This document shows, in pieces, positions 1 to 9,310 of a DNA stretch of 64,000 bases. The notes beneath the pieces are model-generated. The model ran no database searches and was not told where the DNA came from. It worked only from the letters and a program-made list of their open reading frames with translations. Numbering within the stretch: the stretch's first letter is position 1; each line of letters starts with the position of its first letter. Where the stretch lies: contig JAPYRK010000010.1 in NCBI GenBank assembly GCA_029941115.1, forward strand, positions 2,527 through 66,526, given 5' to 3'. The position numbers and the translations under genes are program-made. The stretch comes from Dehalococcoidia bacterium (GTDB taxonomy: Bacteria; Chloroflexota; Dehalococcoidia; UBA2979).

Positions 1-56
1 AGAAACGCAGTAAGTAATCCTCCTGCGAGAGGTAATAATAGGAACGCAGCTAACAC
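1..56 (-). CDS. nuoM: NADH-quinone oxidoreductase subunit M, 5' end only (runs off the window)
   Basis: GTG at 56 with GAGGAG SD upstream, directly after the nuoL stop; translates MLAAFLLLPLAGGLLTAF..., typical of a NuoM first TM helix; position in operon. Confidence 0.7.
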   Translation of the reverse strand, partial: MLAAFLLLPLAGGLLTAF

Positions 57-72
57 TAAACTTCTCCTCGTC

Positions 73-2124
73 CTACTTCGGTGGAATCAAATTTTTTGGA
101 TTAAGTAATTTAAATGAGTAGTCAATAATTGCATGTACATCGATTCCGATGGAGCTCAACATATCGCCAGACAGGACTAAAAAGCCTCCGGCAACGGCCA
201 CAACGCCCACCATATAAAGAGACGTGTAACTTTGCAATTGTCCTGTTTCAGTCCTCCTCAGAGCTTCGCCTAAGAGTTTTGTTCCCGAGCCGACTCCGTT
301 GACTACAGGCTCAATTACGCGCTGATCGACGGCCTCTGCCCCTCGCGCAACACCATTAAGCAGTGCCATGCGTACCACACCAGTCTCAGCAAATTCATTG
401 ACGTAATAAAGTCTTCTTAGAATATTATGTGCTCGGGGAAATCGATCCTGAATAACCGCTGATGAAGGCTGATTCGCTAAATAAATCGCAGCGGCAGTAC
501 CGATTCCGCCTAGCGCCACGATAGTAGAAATAGTCAAGACAAAGCTGTCCATGTGGAAATGAAAATGCTGCATCTCCTTCGGGAGTGCTCCCTCAACAAA
601 TTCGCCAAAGTGAAGCAGCGCAGCAAAACCCAAAATGACTGCCGCCACGGACCCAATTAACATCGGAACTCCCATAGCCGGAGGAGACTCTGTAACGTGT
701 CCCTGGTAATTTCCATGGGCTTCATCTTCAGAACTATGATGGACCCCAGACGGATCGCCTCCTTTGTACTCGCCAAAAAAGGTCATGAAAATCACTCTAA
801 ACATGTACAAGGCGGTCATGAATGCCACAATGGTTCCGACAAGCCACAATAACTTATCAACATGCCAGGCCTCTAGCAAAATTTCATCTTTTGACCAAAA
901 ACCAGCGAGTGGGAAAATTCCTGATAAAGACAATGAGCCAATTACAAACGTTAGGAAGGTCAGAGGCATTTTGGTGCGTAAGCCGCCCATTTTAGGCATT
1001 TCGAATGTACCTGTTGCGTGGCTTACCGACCCGGCGCCCCAAAAAAGTAAGCTCTTGAAAAACGCATGTGTGAAAAGATGAAATATCGCAGCCACGTATC
1101 CGCCCAGACCAATCGCCATCACCATATAACCCAGCTGAGAAATTGTTGAGTACGCCAAAACACGTTTTATGTCAGTCACAACCAACGCCATTGAAGCCGC
1201 GAAAATGGCAGTAAAACCACCTACATAAGCTATTGCTGTTGATACTGATGCTGGTGCGGCTTCAATGGTTGGAAAGAATCTGGCGAGTAAATAAACTCCG
1301 GCTGCTACCATGGTTGCTGAGTGCACTATCGATGAGACGGGGGTCGGTCCTTCCATTGCGTCAGGTAACCAGAAATGCAAAGGAAATTGAGCGCTCTTAC
1401 CGGCCGCTCCTGCTAATAAACCAATAGTGAATCCAGTGAGAATTGGTGCCGAAATTAAACCCACATGCGCCATCTCATTAATTTCACTAATCGAAAATGT
1501 TCCGGTCTTGGCCCATATAAGCGTTACAGCCAGAACTAATCCAATATCACCGAATCGAGTAACAATGAATGCTTTCTTAGCAGCCGCAGCAGCCGAAGGG
1601 CGATCGAACCAAAATCCTATGAGTAGATATGACGTAAGGCCCACTAGTTCCCAGTGTATAAAAAGTTGCAAGAGACTTGAGGCCATAATTAACCCCAACA
1701 TCGACGCGACAAATAGCGACATAAACAAGAAAAATCTCGAGTACGCGGGGTCGTGTTCCATGTAACCCATCGAATATAATTGCACCAACAACGCGATTGA
1801 TGTGACTACGAAAATCATTACTGCCGACAAGCCATCAATTCCAAGGCCGAAGCTGATCTGAAGATCAAAAATAGAAAGCCATAAGTATTCGCCAAGCCCA
1901 ATATCTGCGCCATGATGCCCGATGGACATATCCAGCGTCCACAGACCTAATACCCATGACAAGACCGCAAATACTATGGCTATATTTCCTGCCCTATTTT
2001 CCGGCAAGACATTAGCCAAACGAGTTCTTCTAGCAAATATTGATACCGCTATAACCCCTGCGGATCCAAGTGGAGCCAGGTATATCAGCCAAATAAGAAA
2101 TTCAGGGATATCAGGTAAAAACAT
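73..2124 (-). CDS. nuoL: NADH-quinone oxidoreductase subunit L (antiporter-like)
   Basis: 683 aa hydrophobic; WELVGLTSYLLIGFW, GKSAQFPLHFWLPDAMEGPTPVS, AYSTISQLG, FHLFTHAFFK motifs. Confidence 0.97.
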   Translation of the reverse strand: MFLPDIPEFLIWLIYLAPLGSAGVIAVSIFARRTRLANVLPENRAGNIAIVFAVLSWVLGLWTLDMSIGHHGADIGLGEYLWLSIFDLQISFGLGIDGLSAVMIFVVTSIALLVQLYSMGYMEHDPAYSRFFLFMSLFVASMLGLIMASSLLQLFIHWELVGLTSYLLIGFWFDRPSAAAAAKKAFIVTRFGDIGLVLAVTLIWAKTGTFSISEINEMAHVGLISAPILTGFTIGLLAGAAGKSAQFPLHFWLPDAMEGPTPVSSIVHSATMVAAGVYLLARFFPTIEAAPASVSTAIAYVGGFTAIFAASMALVVTDIKRVLAYSTISQLGYMVMAIGLGGYVAAIFHLFTHAFFKSLLFWGAGSVSHATGTFEMPKMGGLRTKMPLTFLTFVIGSLSLSGIFPLAGFWSKDEILLEAWHVDKLLWLVGTIVAFMTALYMFRVIFMTFFGEYKGGDPSGVHHSSEDEAHGNYQGHVTESPPAMGVPMLIGSVAAVILGFAALLHFGEFVEGALPKEMQHFHFHMDSFVLTISTIVALGGIGTAAAIYLANQPSSAVIQDRFPRAHNILRRLYYVNEFAETGVVRMALLNGVARGAEAVDQRVIEPVVNGVGSGTKLLGEALRRTETGQLQSYTSLYMVGVVAVAGGFLVLSGDMLSSIGIDVHAIIDYSFKLLNPKNLIPPK

Positions 2125-2312
2125 TAAATTTTATTCAAAACCTCCCGAGCAACGTGCGTTTTTCCATCGGGGATCCAAAGTTCACGAGGGTCACTCATCC
2201 CAGTTGTCTCAATCGGGGGGATTATACGAACAGCAAGTGCCTCCTGATTGAAAAGTTCGCGCCACATCTCAGCTGAGTATCCGTCCTCAACATCCATAAA
2301 CTTAACCCACAT
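2124..2312 (-). CDS. small soluble protein, DUF2007/PII-like, inside the nuo operon
   Basis: 62 aa from ATG 2312 (GGGGTG SD); stop overlaps nuoL ATG; pattern WVKF..AEMWRELF..E.LAVRI...ELWIP....AREVL resembles DUF2007 (by eye). Confidence 0.7.
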   Translation of the reverse strand: MWVKFMDVEDGYSAEMWRELFNQEALAVRIIPPIETTGMSDPRELWIPDGKTHVAREVLNKI

Positions 2313-2324
2313 ATGACACCCCAA

Positions 2325-2675
2325 TTACCAACGCATCAAATTGATTCGGTCGAGATCAACTGTTTCGCGCTTTCGATACACCAAAACGGAAAGCGCAAGA
2401 GCAACTGCTGCTTCCGCTGCAGCTACACTCAAAATAAATACAACAAATACGTGGCCATCCACCAAACCTGCTTCACTCGACGTATTCTGCGGAAATCGTG
2501 AAAATGCTAACAGCGCCAAAATCGAACCATTGAGCATCAGCTCAATCCCCATTAATACGGCAATGGCGCTGCGTTTACCAAGCGCGATAGCAGTCCCTAA
2601 ACCGAAAACAGACCCCGATACAATCAGATAATGCACAAGGCCGATCTCGAATATTAGTTCAGAAATTCCGGTCAC
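2325..2675 (-). CDS. nuoK: NADH-quinone oxidoreductase subunit K
   Basis: LMGIELMLN and VAAAEAAVALAL motifs, 3 TM. Confidence 0.95.
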   Translation of the reverse strand: MTGISELIFEIGLVHYLIVSGSVFGLGTAIALGKRSAIAVLMGIELMLNGSILALLAFSRFPQNTSSEAGLVDGHVFVVFILSVAAAEAAVALALSVLVYRKRETVDLDRINLMRW

Positions 2676-3190
2676 CTGCCCTCGCCCTCCTCTGGATCTG
2701 AAGGCGAAATCTGCACAAGCATGATTGCGCCGATAAGCGCGAATAGCAGCAGCACTGACGCGATCTCGAAAGCCAAAACATATTTACCTAACAGTAAATT
2801 TCCAATTAAATCAATCGTAGTAGTGAAATCAGTCGCCGGACCAGACCAACTAGTGTCCAGGGCTAAAAAGCCCACAAAGGTGGCAATACCTCCTGCAGCA
2901 AGCAGTCCTGGTAAAACGTATATCGTATTTCCATTATCGCGGGAGGCCAGCGGAGTCAACATAACCGCAAACACCATAAGAACTGAAATGGAACCGGCAT
3001 AGATAAGAATTTGTGCCATCGCTATGAAGTCTGCCGATAATGTCAGAAATAATCCTGCCATGCCCAAAAACGAAATGACTAAGAAAGCTAAAGCGTGCAA
3101 TAAGTTTCTTGCAAGGAATACCAAAGTCCCAGAACCTAGTACCAGGCCCGCCATCATATAAAAACCGATAACAATTCCAGGAGAATCCAT
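2672..3190 (-). CDS. nuoJ: NADH-quinone oxidoreductase subunit J
   Basis: RNLLHA, ADFIAMAQILIYAG, FEIASVLLL motifs. Confidence 0.95.
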   Translation of the reverse strand: MDSPGIVIGFYMMAGLVLGSGTLVFLARNLLHALAFLVISFLGMAGLFLTLSADFIAMAQILIYAGSISVLMVFAVMLTPLASRDNGNTIYVLPGLLAAGGIATFVGFLALDTSWSGPATDFTTTIDLIGNLLLGKYVLAFEIASVLLLFALIGAIMLVQISPSDPEEGEGR

Positions 3191-3198
3191 CTAAATCA

Positions 3199-4629
3199 TC
3201 ATCCCCTTAGTACTTTTGCTGCTTGCAGACCGCCCATTTTTCGTGTCAAAATCGGAGCTGGTGGCGCCGAAAGATCAGTATCCCTAAATAGCACTCTCAT
3301 CCACACGAAAGTAAGACCTACTGCTGCCGCTACATTTACAAGCGCAATAAGTCCGAGAGACAAGAAGCTGGGAGCGTCCCACCGTACGAGGATTGAACTC
3401 TCAATGGCTGTCAAAAACATTAACGCAATTGATACAGGTATGAGAAACTTCCACGCGAAGCCCATTAATTGATCTAACCTAAATCGTGGTAGCGTCGCCC
3501 GTATCCAAACAAATAAGAAGTACACCAATCCAATCTTAGTAGCCAAAATCAGGTAGCCTGGAATCCAAGTCTCTAGACCAAAAAACGTGTACCCGCCTAG
3601 GAAAAATGTCGACATCAGGGCCCCTACAAGGATTGCGTTGCCCAGTTCGACAGCCATAAATAGTCCGGCCTTCATACCGGAATACTCTGTGTAAAAGCCA
3701 GCCACTATCTCGGATTCTGCTTCTCCAATATCATTCGGTGTCCGGTTTATTTCAGCGGTTGACGCAAATAGAAAGGCTAACGCCGCGAAAGGAATCAGCA
3801 TAATCAGCCATACTCCCTGTTCTGATTGCCACATAACTATCTCAGAAAGCTTCGTCGAGCCCGTTAAAAGGACTACTGCTAAAAGCGAGACCGATATCGG
3901 GATTTCATACGAGATCATCATTGCTATCGTACGCATGGCTCCAAGCAATGAATAATGATTATTTGAGGCCCACCCAGCCATGAACACTGCTAGCACTCCT
4001 AACGACGAAATGGCAATCACAAACAACACACCCACGTCCAAGTCTGCGTAGGACATCTTTGGTGACCATGGGATCGGAGCCCATCCAAGAATGGCTGGGA
4101 TAAATACAGCAATTGGTGGTGCGAAATACAAAAAACGGTCAGCTCCGCGAGGTATAATTATTTCCTTCTGCATGAGCTTTAAAGCATCTGCTAGGCTTTG
4201 GAGAAGGCCAAAAGGACCAGTTCTATTCGGGCCCTGTCGAATCTGAAATTTTGCGAGGAGTCGCCTTTCCGCCCAGGGACCTATAAGCAACCATCCTCCC
4301 ACAACAGAAACAATCCCCGTCGCGCCCAACAACGTCGGAATCAAATATGTAAGCGTAGACGCGATCCTAGAATCCATTCCACTACTGTTAATAGCATCGG
4401 ACAGACTGACCATCGCATTCCCAAAATCGCGGATGTCATACCACTTGCCGTCTAGTTGGCCTGAAACCACCATATATCCTATCAATATCTGGGAAATAAC
4501 AAAGCCAATTAGGGCAACTGAAAGCGCCACCAATACAAGCTTTGGGAGACCGAGGGCTCGATCCAGAAGAGAGCGATGTTCTGCTATCTGACGGGACATT
4601 GGCGTAGCTGGTCGCGTATCGCTACTCAT
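3199..4629 (-). CDS. nuoH: NADH-quinone oxidoreductase subunit H with N-terminal extension
   Basis: ERRLLAKFQIRQGPNRTGPFGLLQSLADALKL, AEINRTPND.EAESEIVAGFYTEYSG, RATLPRFRLDQLM; 476 aa, longer than the usual ~330-350. Confidence 0.95.
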   Translation of the reverse strand: MSSDTRPATPMSRQIAEHRSLLDRALGLPKLVLVALSVALIGFVISQILIGYMVVSGQLDGKWYDIRDFGNAMVSLSDAINSSGMDSRIASTLTYLIPTLLGATGIVSVVGGWLLIGPWAERRLLAKFQIRQGPNRTGPFGLLQSLADALKLMQKEIIIPRGADRFLYFAPPIAVFIPAILGWAPIPWSPKMSYADLDVGVLFVIAISSLGVLAVFMAGWASNNHYSLLGAMRTIAMMISYEIPISVSLLAVVLLTGSTKLSEIVMWQSEQGVWLIMLIPFAALAFLFASTAEINRTPNDIGEAESEIVAGFYTEYSGMKAGLFMAVELGNAILVGALMSTFFLGGYTFFGLETWIPGYLILATKIGLVYFLFVWIRATLPRFRLDQLMGFAWKFLIPVSIALMFLTAIESSILVRWDAPSFLSLGLIALVNVAAAVGLTFVWMRVLFRDTDLSAPPAPILTRKMGGLQAAKVLRG

Positions 4630-5729
4630 CTATCAATCTCCCCCACAACAATGTCTAGTGACCCCAGAGTCACAATCGCGTCTGATAATGCGGCATCACG
4701 TCCCAGTTCATTCAACAGCGATAAATTAATCAGGCTAGGCGCACGCAAGTGAAAGCGGTACGGAAATGGGCCTCCATCCGATACGAGAAAAAACCCAATC
4801 TCACCTCGTGGGCTCTCGATACGTGAGTAAATCTCGCCCTCATCTGGCCGAAGAGCCAAGGGAATATCTGTTTTATGAGCCCCAGATGGGATTTGTGAAA
4901 TTGCTTGCTTAATAATCTTTACAGATTGATAGAGTTCGCTCATTCGCACCATGAATCGGTCGTATACATCACCGGATTTTCCAACTACCACATCGAAATC
5001 CATTCGATCATAAACGGAGTATGGATCTGCCTTCCTTAAGTCCCATGGAATGCCGCTCCCTCTCAGTACCGGACCGGTTAACGACGCGTTAACTGCATCT
5101 TCGGGGGAAATAACACCCACTCCTCGTGTTCTGGCCAAAAATACCTCATTAGACACTAGAAGTTCGTGGTACTCATCAATGCGATCGGGCAGCTCATCGA
5201 CCAATTCTTGAAGTGCGGGCCAGAATTCTACAGGTGGGTCAAAGGCAACGCCACCAATTCTCATATAGTTGGTTGTTAATCGAGCTCCGCATGTCATCTC
5301 AAAGAGGTCAAGTATCTTTTCTCGTTCGCGAAACATATAGAGAAGTGGTGTCTGCCAGGCGCCGGCATCAGAAATTAATGTGCCATTAGCCATGGCATGA
5401 GATGCGATTCTCTGTAATTCAGAAAAAATCACTCGAAGATATTCAGCGCGCTCTGGTACTTCTACACCGGCCAATCGCTCAACCGCGATGGCCAGGCCTA
5501 AGTTCCCCGTCATGGCTGCTAAGTAGTCGGCCCGATCAGTGAAAGGAATATTCTGGGTGAATGTTCGTTCCTCAGCCAATTTCTCCATCGAACGATGTAA
5601 ATATCCAACAATCATGTCTAGATCTTTTATTTTCTCGCCATCCATCACAACCCGTAAACGAAATACTCCGTGAGTTGATGGATGCTGCGGTCCAATATTT
5701 AAGACATATGGCTCTGTGGAGGTGGTCAT
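4626..5729 (-). CDS. nuoD: NADH-quinone oxidoreductase subunit D
   Basis: NIGPQHPSTHG, GYLHRSMEK, DRADY, ESPRGE, GEIDR C-terminus. Confidence 0.97.
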   Translation of the reverse strand: MTTSTEPYVLNIGPQHPSTHGVFRLRVVMDGEKIKDLDMIVGYLHRSMEKLAEERTFTQNIPFTDRADYLAAMTGNLGLAIAVERLAGVEVPERAEYLRVIFSELQRIASHAMANGTLISDAGAWQTPLLYMFREREKILDLFEMTCGARLTTNYMRIGGVAFDPPVEFWPALQELVDELPDRIDEYHELLVSNEVFLARTRGVGVISPEDAVNASLTGPVLRGSGIPWDLRKADPYSVYDRMDFDVVVGKSGDVYDRFMVRMSELYQSVKIIKQAISQIPSGAHKTDIPLALRPDEGEIYSRIESPRGEIGFFLVSDGGPFPYRFHLRAPSLINLSLLNELGRDAALSDAIVTLGSLDIVVGEIDR

Positions 5730-5738
5730 ATCCTGTGA

Positions 5739-6353
5739 TCAACCTCTACCTTCACTGAGATCAGTCTCAGCTCTATTCTCATCTGTTTCACCCGTAACAA
5801 CATAAGCTACGCCGGCCTCAACGTTTTCCTGATTAATTGGCCGAATCGGTTTGTCCTTATCTTCAAATGGGAAACCTTCTAAACCTGGAGTAATTCTCCC
5901 CGGCATCGCCAAAAAGTCCTTACGAAGAGGATGACCAGGAAACCCATCCCACAAAAATAGTCTACGCAAATCAGGATGCCCTTCAAATCGCACACCCATA
6001 AGATCGTAAACTTCCCTTTCCTGCAGTAAAGCTCCTTTGTAAACCGGATATGCACTCTGAACAACTGCCGGATCCATACCATGAGTTCTCGTCTTGACTA
6101 CCAGTTGATGATTCAAGTCTAGGCTTTGTAGATGGTAAATAACTTCGATGTGTGTATGTCTGTCAACTGCAGTTAAATTAGACAACTGAGCCGCATCAAA
6201 TTCATCCGAATCAAGCAACCACCGCAAGGCCTCAATCACTCGATCCGGAGCGACTTCTATCCATTCATCAGTGACCGCAGTGACAATGTCTGGTAACGAT
6301 TTACCCAATACTTGACTCACGAAAATTCCTGATAATTGTGTGGCGGTGCGCAT
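5739..6353 (-). CDS. nuoC: NADH-quinone oxidoreductase subunit C
   Basis: EREVYDLMGVRFEGHPDLRRL and GHPLRKDF motifs; ATG 6353 preferred over the upstream start at 6371, which overlaps nuoA. Confidence 0.95.
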   Translation of the reverse strand: MRTATQLSGIFVSQVLGKSLPDIVTAVTDEWIEVAPDRVIEALRWLLDSDEFDAAQLSNLTAVDRHTHIEVIYHLQSLDLNHQLVVKTRTHGMDPAVVQSAYPVYKGALLQEREVYDLMGVRFEGHPDLRRLFLWDGFPGHPLRKDFLAMPGRITPGLEGFPFEDKDKPIRPINQENVEAGVAYVVTGETDENRAETDLSEGRG

Positions 6354-6361
6354 AGTTTTTC

Positions 6362-6736
6362 CTAACGCCATTCCAGAGCCCGTTTACGCCAAGCGTAAAC
6401 AAGTCCGAGCAGTAGAATTCCAATAAATAAAACGGCCTTCCACAGCACCGTTAGAGCTAGCTCTTGATGCTCTACCGCCCACGGGTACAGAAAAATTACT
6501 TCAACATCGAAAATCACAAATCCGAGTGCGAAAAGATAATATCGTGCGTTGAATTGGCCCCATGAAGAACCCTCGGCTTCAACGCCACATTCGTATGTCG
6601 CGAGTTTGATCGGGTTGGGGTTTTCGGGTCGAATCTTTAATTGGTAAAGCAGGAAAGACACCATTATTGGCAACATCGGGAATGCAATTGCCAAAGTGAA
6701 CAAGATTCCCACTCGACCAAATACTTCGGGGATCAC
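6362..6736 (-). CDS. nuoA: NADH-quinone oxidoreductase subunit A
   Basis: TYECG, FDVEVIFLYPWA, YAWRKRALEW motifs; GGAGG SD. Confidence 0.96.
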   Translation of the reverse strand: MIPEVFGRVGILFTLAIAFPMLPIMVSFLLYQLKIRPENPNPIKLATYECGVEAEGSSWGQFNARYYLFALGFVIFDVEVIFLYPWAVEHQELALTVLWKAVLFIGILLLGLVYAWRKRALEWR

Positions 6737-6836
6737 GTGCGCCTCCGTATGTACCCTATCCAGCCTTAACGGCGAGGTTATCTTGCCTGATAGATGCGAG
6801 CAACTGTAAATTGATTTATTTTAGTATTTAAAAATT

Positions 6837-7319
6837 CTAAGACAGTTCAGTGACCCCTCCGTTCTCCATCCCCTTTGCCGTGTCTAATGTTTTAGCAGCT
6901 ACGACAATAAACTCTAAATCCAGCGAGCCCGTGTTTCGGATCTGATGAGGAATCGCCGCCGGAAAAAACAAAAAGTCACCAGCCTCTACGTCCTTACGCC
7001 AGGGGCCGCAGTCAATTTCCGCACTTCCAGTGATGAAGTAATAAATCTTCTCCACGTCATCATGAACATGCCTCACATTTGTTTCCCCTGCCGAGAGTTT
7101 GTTGAACAAAGAAAACTGAAATGAGCTCTCAAAAATACCTTCACTCTCCTGAAACATTCGTCGAATTGCAAGGTTACGAGTTATTACGGGCTCAACCGAT
7201 TCTTTTGAGCGCGTCACAAATCGTGCATCCGTAGGAGGAGAAGTTATCTCTCCTGTAAACTCAGGAACCGCCGGTGGTAAGTTATTTTCACTGGGACTAT
7301 CAGGTGCATTTTCAGTCAT
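6837..7319 (-). CDS. cupin-domain protein
   Basis: HVHDDVEKIYYFITG and GDFLFFPAAIPHQIRN cupin motifs. Confidence 0.85.
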   Translation of the reverse strand: MTENAPDSPSENNLPPAVPEFTGEITSPPTDARFVTRSKESVEPVITRNLAIRRMFQESEGIFESSFQFSLFNKLSAGETNVRHVHDDVEKIYYFITGSAEIDCGPWRKDVEAGDFLFFPAAIPHQIRNTGSLDLEFIVVAAKTLDTAKGMENGGVTELS

Positions 7320-7393
7320 CTCGGCCTCTCTTATTACTACTTAGGTGAGAAGAGAATCATAGCGTCTGATGATGAAAATTCAAAACCTCTCAC

Positions 7394-7468
7394 CATAGGT
7401 GGTTGACCTGCACCTATGATTGGCAATACATTGCCCGTTGTCAGTAAAAAAACTTTTTTTTTACTGAC
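7394..7468 (+). promoter_or_regulatory. sigma70-like promoter overlaid by three inverted repeats
   Basis: TTGACC(7403-7408)-N18-TACATT(7427-7432); CATAGGTG-N9-CACCTATG (7394-7418); GGCAAT-AC-ATTGCC (7422-7435); GTCAGTAAAAAAA-CTT-TTTTTTTACTGAC (7440-7468). Confidence 0.6.
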
Positions 7469-7515
7469 CGAACAAAACGTGACGTCTAACGTCGAATTAT
7501 TTTAAGGAGCGGAAA

Positions 7516-7944
7516 TTGACCGACTATAACAAGCCAATTCCTGATCCCGACCCGTATACCTCTGGTCCATTCTGGGAGGGTGCGAAGGAAGGGAAATTAA
7601 TGCTGCCTCGTTGCAACGATTGCAACCGTGTGCACTGGTATCCGAGAATCTTATGCCCCTTCTGTTACTCACGGAGTATTTCGTGGTTTGAGGCATCAGG
7701 TGAGGGAACACTCTATAGCTTTGCAGTCCAACAGAGAGCATTCGCTCCAGGCTGGGCGGAAGAAGGCCCTTACGTCACCTGCTTCATTGACTTAAATGAA
7801 GGCGACCGTATGTTCGGTGTCCTTTTAGATGTTGATGTTTCAAAGCCCGAAGACATTTTTGCAAAAATCGGTTCGAAAGTCTCGATTGAATTTGTGAAGG
7901 CAAACGATGATGTACACGTGCCGTATTGGAAATTAGCAAGCTAA
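7516..7944 (+). CDS. Zn-ribbon/OB-fold acyl-CoA-binding protein (DUF35, ChsH2-C-like)
   Basis: PFWEGAKEGKLMLPRCNDC...YPRILCPFC; TAAGGAG SD, TTG start; next to a thiolase. Confidence 0.93.
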   Translation: MTDYNKPIPDPDPYTSGPFWEGAKEGKLMLPRCNDCNRVHWYPRILCPFCYSRSISWFEASGEGTLYSFAVQQRAFAPGWAEEGPYVTCFIDLNEGDRMFGVLLDVDVSKPEDIFAKIGSKVSIEFVKANDDVHVPYWKLAS

Positions 7945-7989
7945 AAGCTTCGAAAATACTGAATCATGATTTTCAGAAAGGAAGTCTAG

Positions 7990-9207
7990 ATGACAAATCC
8001 ATCAATGGCTGCCGCGATAGTAGGAGCTGCAGAGTCTGACGAGATCGGCTTTGCACTCTCTGAAAAAGGCACCACAAATACACAGCTTCATATCGAAGCA
8101 ATCAGCAATGTGTGTAAACAAGTCGGAATCTCTCCAAGTGAAATTGAAGGAGTCTTTTCTGCTGGTTTCACTCCACAAATTGCTGAATACCTGCATATTC
8201 GACCGAAATATATCGATGGGACCGCAGTAGGTGGTTCATCGTTTGAGCTCCATGTACACCATGCGTTGGCAGCTATTGCAGCTGGAGTTATTGACGTTGC
8301 CCTTGTGTCGCATGGTGAATCCGGCAGATCGGCAAGAAAGAATCAAGGCCGAGGAACTGGCGGACGTGGAGGCGGAGACCCTTGGGCGCCAGGAGCTGCC
8401 TTCAGTGGTGGCCCATATGGCGGCTGGGGAGCACCTTTTAACTATGCACATGCCATGACCCGTCACTTACATCAGTGGGGGTCAACTAAGGAAGATTTCG
8501 CTCAAATTGCAGTCTCTGCAAGAGATTGGGCTACTCTAAATCCGCGCGCAGTTATGCATTCGAAAGAAACTGATCCAAATGGTGGTCCCATTACTGTTCA
8601 GGATGTATTGGACTCTCGTCTCATAGCCTGGCCATTGAGCTTATTGGATGTGTGCTTGGTTACTGATCACGGAGGTGCTGTCTTAATCGTCTCGGCAGAG
8701 AAAGCTCACTCGTTCAAGACTCCTCCCGTTTGGATAGCTGGTGCTGGTGAAAGCATGGGTCATTGGGATATGCTCGAGATGGACGATCTGACTCTTACCT
8801 CAGCGGTAAATAGTGGGAAAACCGCCTATCAAATGGCTGGCATGGGCCCAGGTGAGATGGAACTGGGAATGATATATGATTCATTCACAGTCACCGTCGG
8901 AATTACTGTTGAAGCCTTAGGGCTCGCTCCGCGAGGTGGGTTCATGGAGTTATTTGAGGGTGGCAAGTCAGGTCCTGGCGGATCTGGAATGCCAATCAAC
9001 ACGAACGGTGGAGGGCTTTCGTTCAGTCACTCTGGCATGTACGGAATGATGCTACTGGTAGAAGCCTACAGACAGCTTTCAGGAACTGCCGAAGACGGAG
9101 TAAATGGTATTGCCGGTAAACAAACGAGCGCCCAAACAGCGATCGTTAATGGTACAGGTGGCTCACTGAGCACTACAGGTACTCTGGTTTTAGTGGCTGA
9201 TCAATAA
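7990..9207 (+). CDS. SCP-x/Ltp2-type thiolase-superfamily protein
   Basis: DVCLVTDHGGAV, IYDSFT, PINTNGGGLSFSHSG motifs; no Cys at the N-terminal nucleophile position (VGGSS). Confidence 0.9.
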   Translation: MTNPSMAAAIVGAAESDEIGFALSEKGTTNTQLHIEAISNVCKQVGISPSEIEGVFSAGFTPQIAEYLHIRPKYIDGTAVGGSSFELHVHHALAAIAAGVIDVALVSHGESGRSARKNQGRGTGGRGGGDPWAPGAAFSGGPYGGWGAPFNYAHAMTRHLHQWGSTKEDFAQIAVSARDWATLNPRAVMHSKETDPNGGPITVQDVLDSRLIAWPLSLLDVCLVTDHGGAVLIVSAEKAHSFKTPPVWIAGAGESMGHWDMLEMDDLTLTSAVNSGKTAYQMAGMGPGEMELGMIYDSFTVTVGITVEALGLAPRGGFMELFEGGKSGPGGSGMPINTNGGGLSFSHSGMYGMMLLVEAYRQLSGTAEDGVNGIAGKQTSAQTAIVNGTGGSLSTTGTLVLVADQ

Positions 9208-9227
9208 TCAGTAAACTAAATTTATAG

Positions 9228-9265
9228 AAAGAAGGGGTGTTGTTTCAACAACACCCCTTCTTTTT
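9228..9265 (+). terminator. intrinsic terminator
   Basis: AAAGAAGGGGTGTTGTT-TC-AACAACACCCCTTCTTT hairpin followed by a T-tract, after the thiolase stop. Confidence 0.85.
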
Positions 9266-9310
9266 GTTACAATTGGGGTGGATAGTGAATAGCACGAGTT
9301 TAGATTACCT

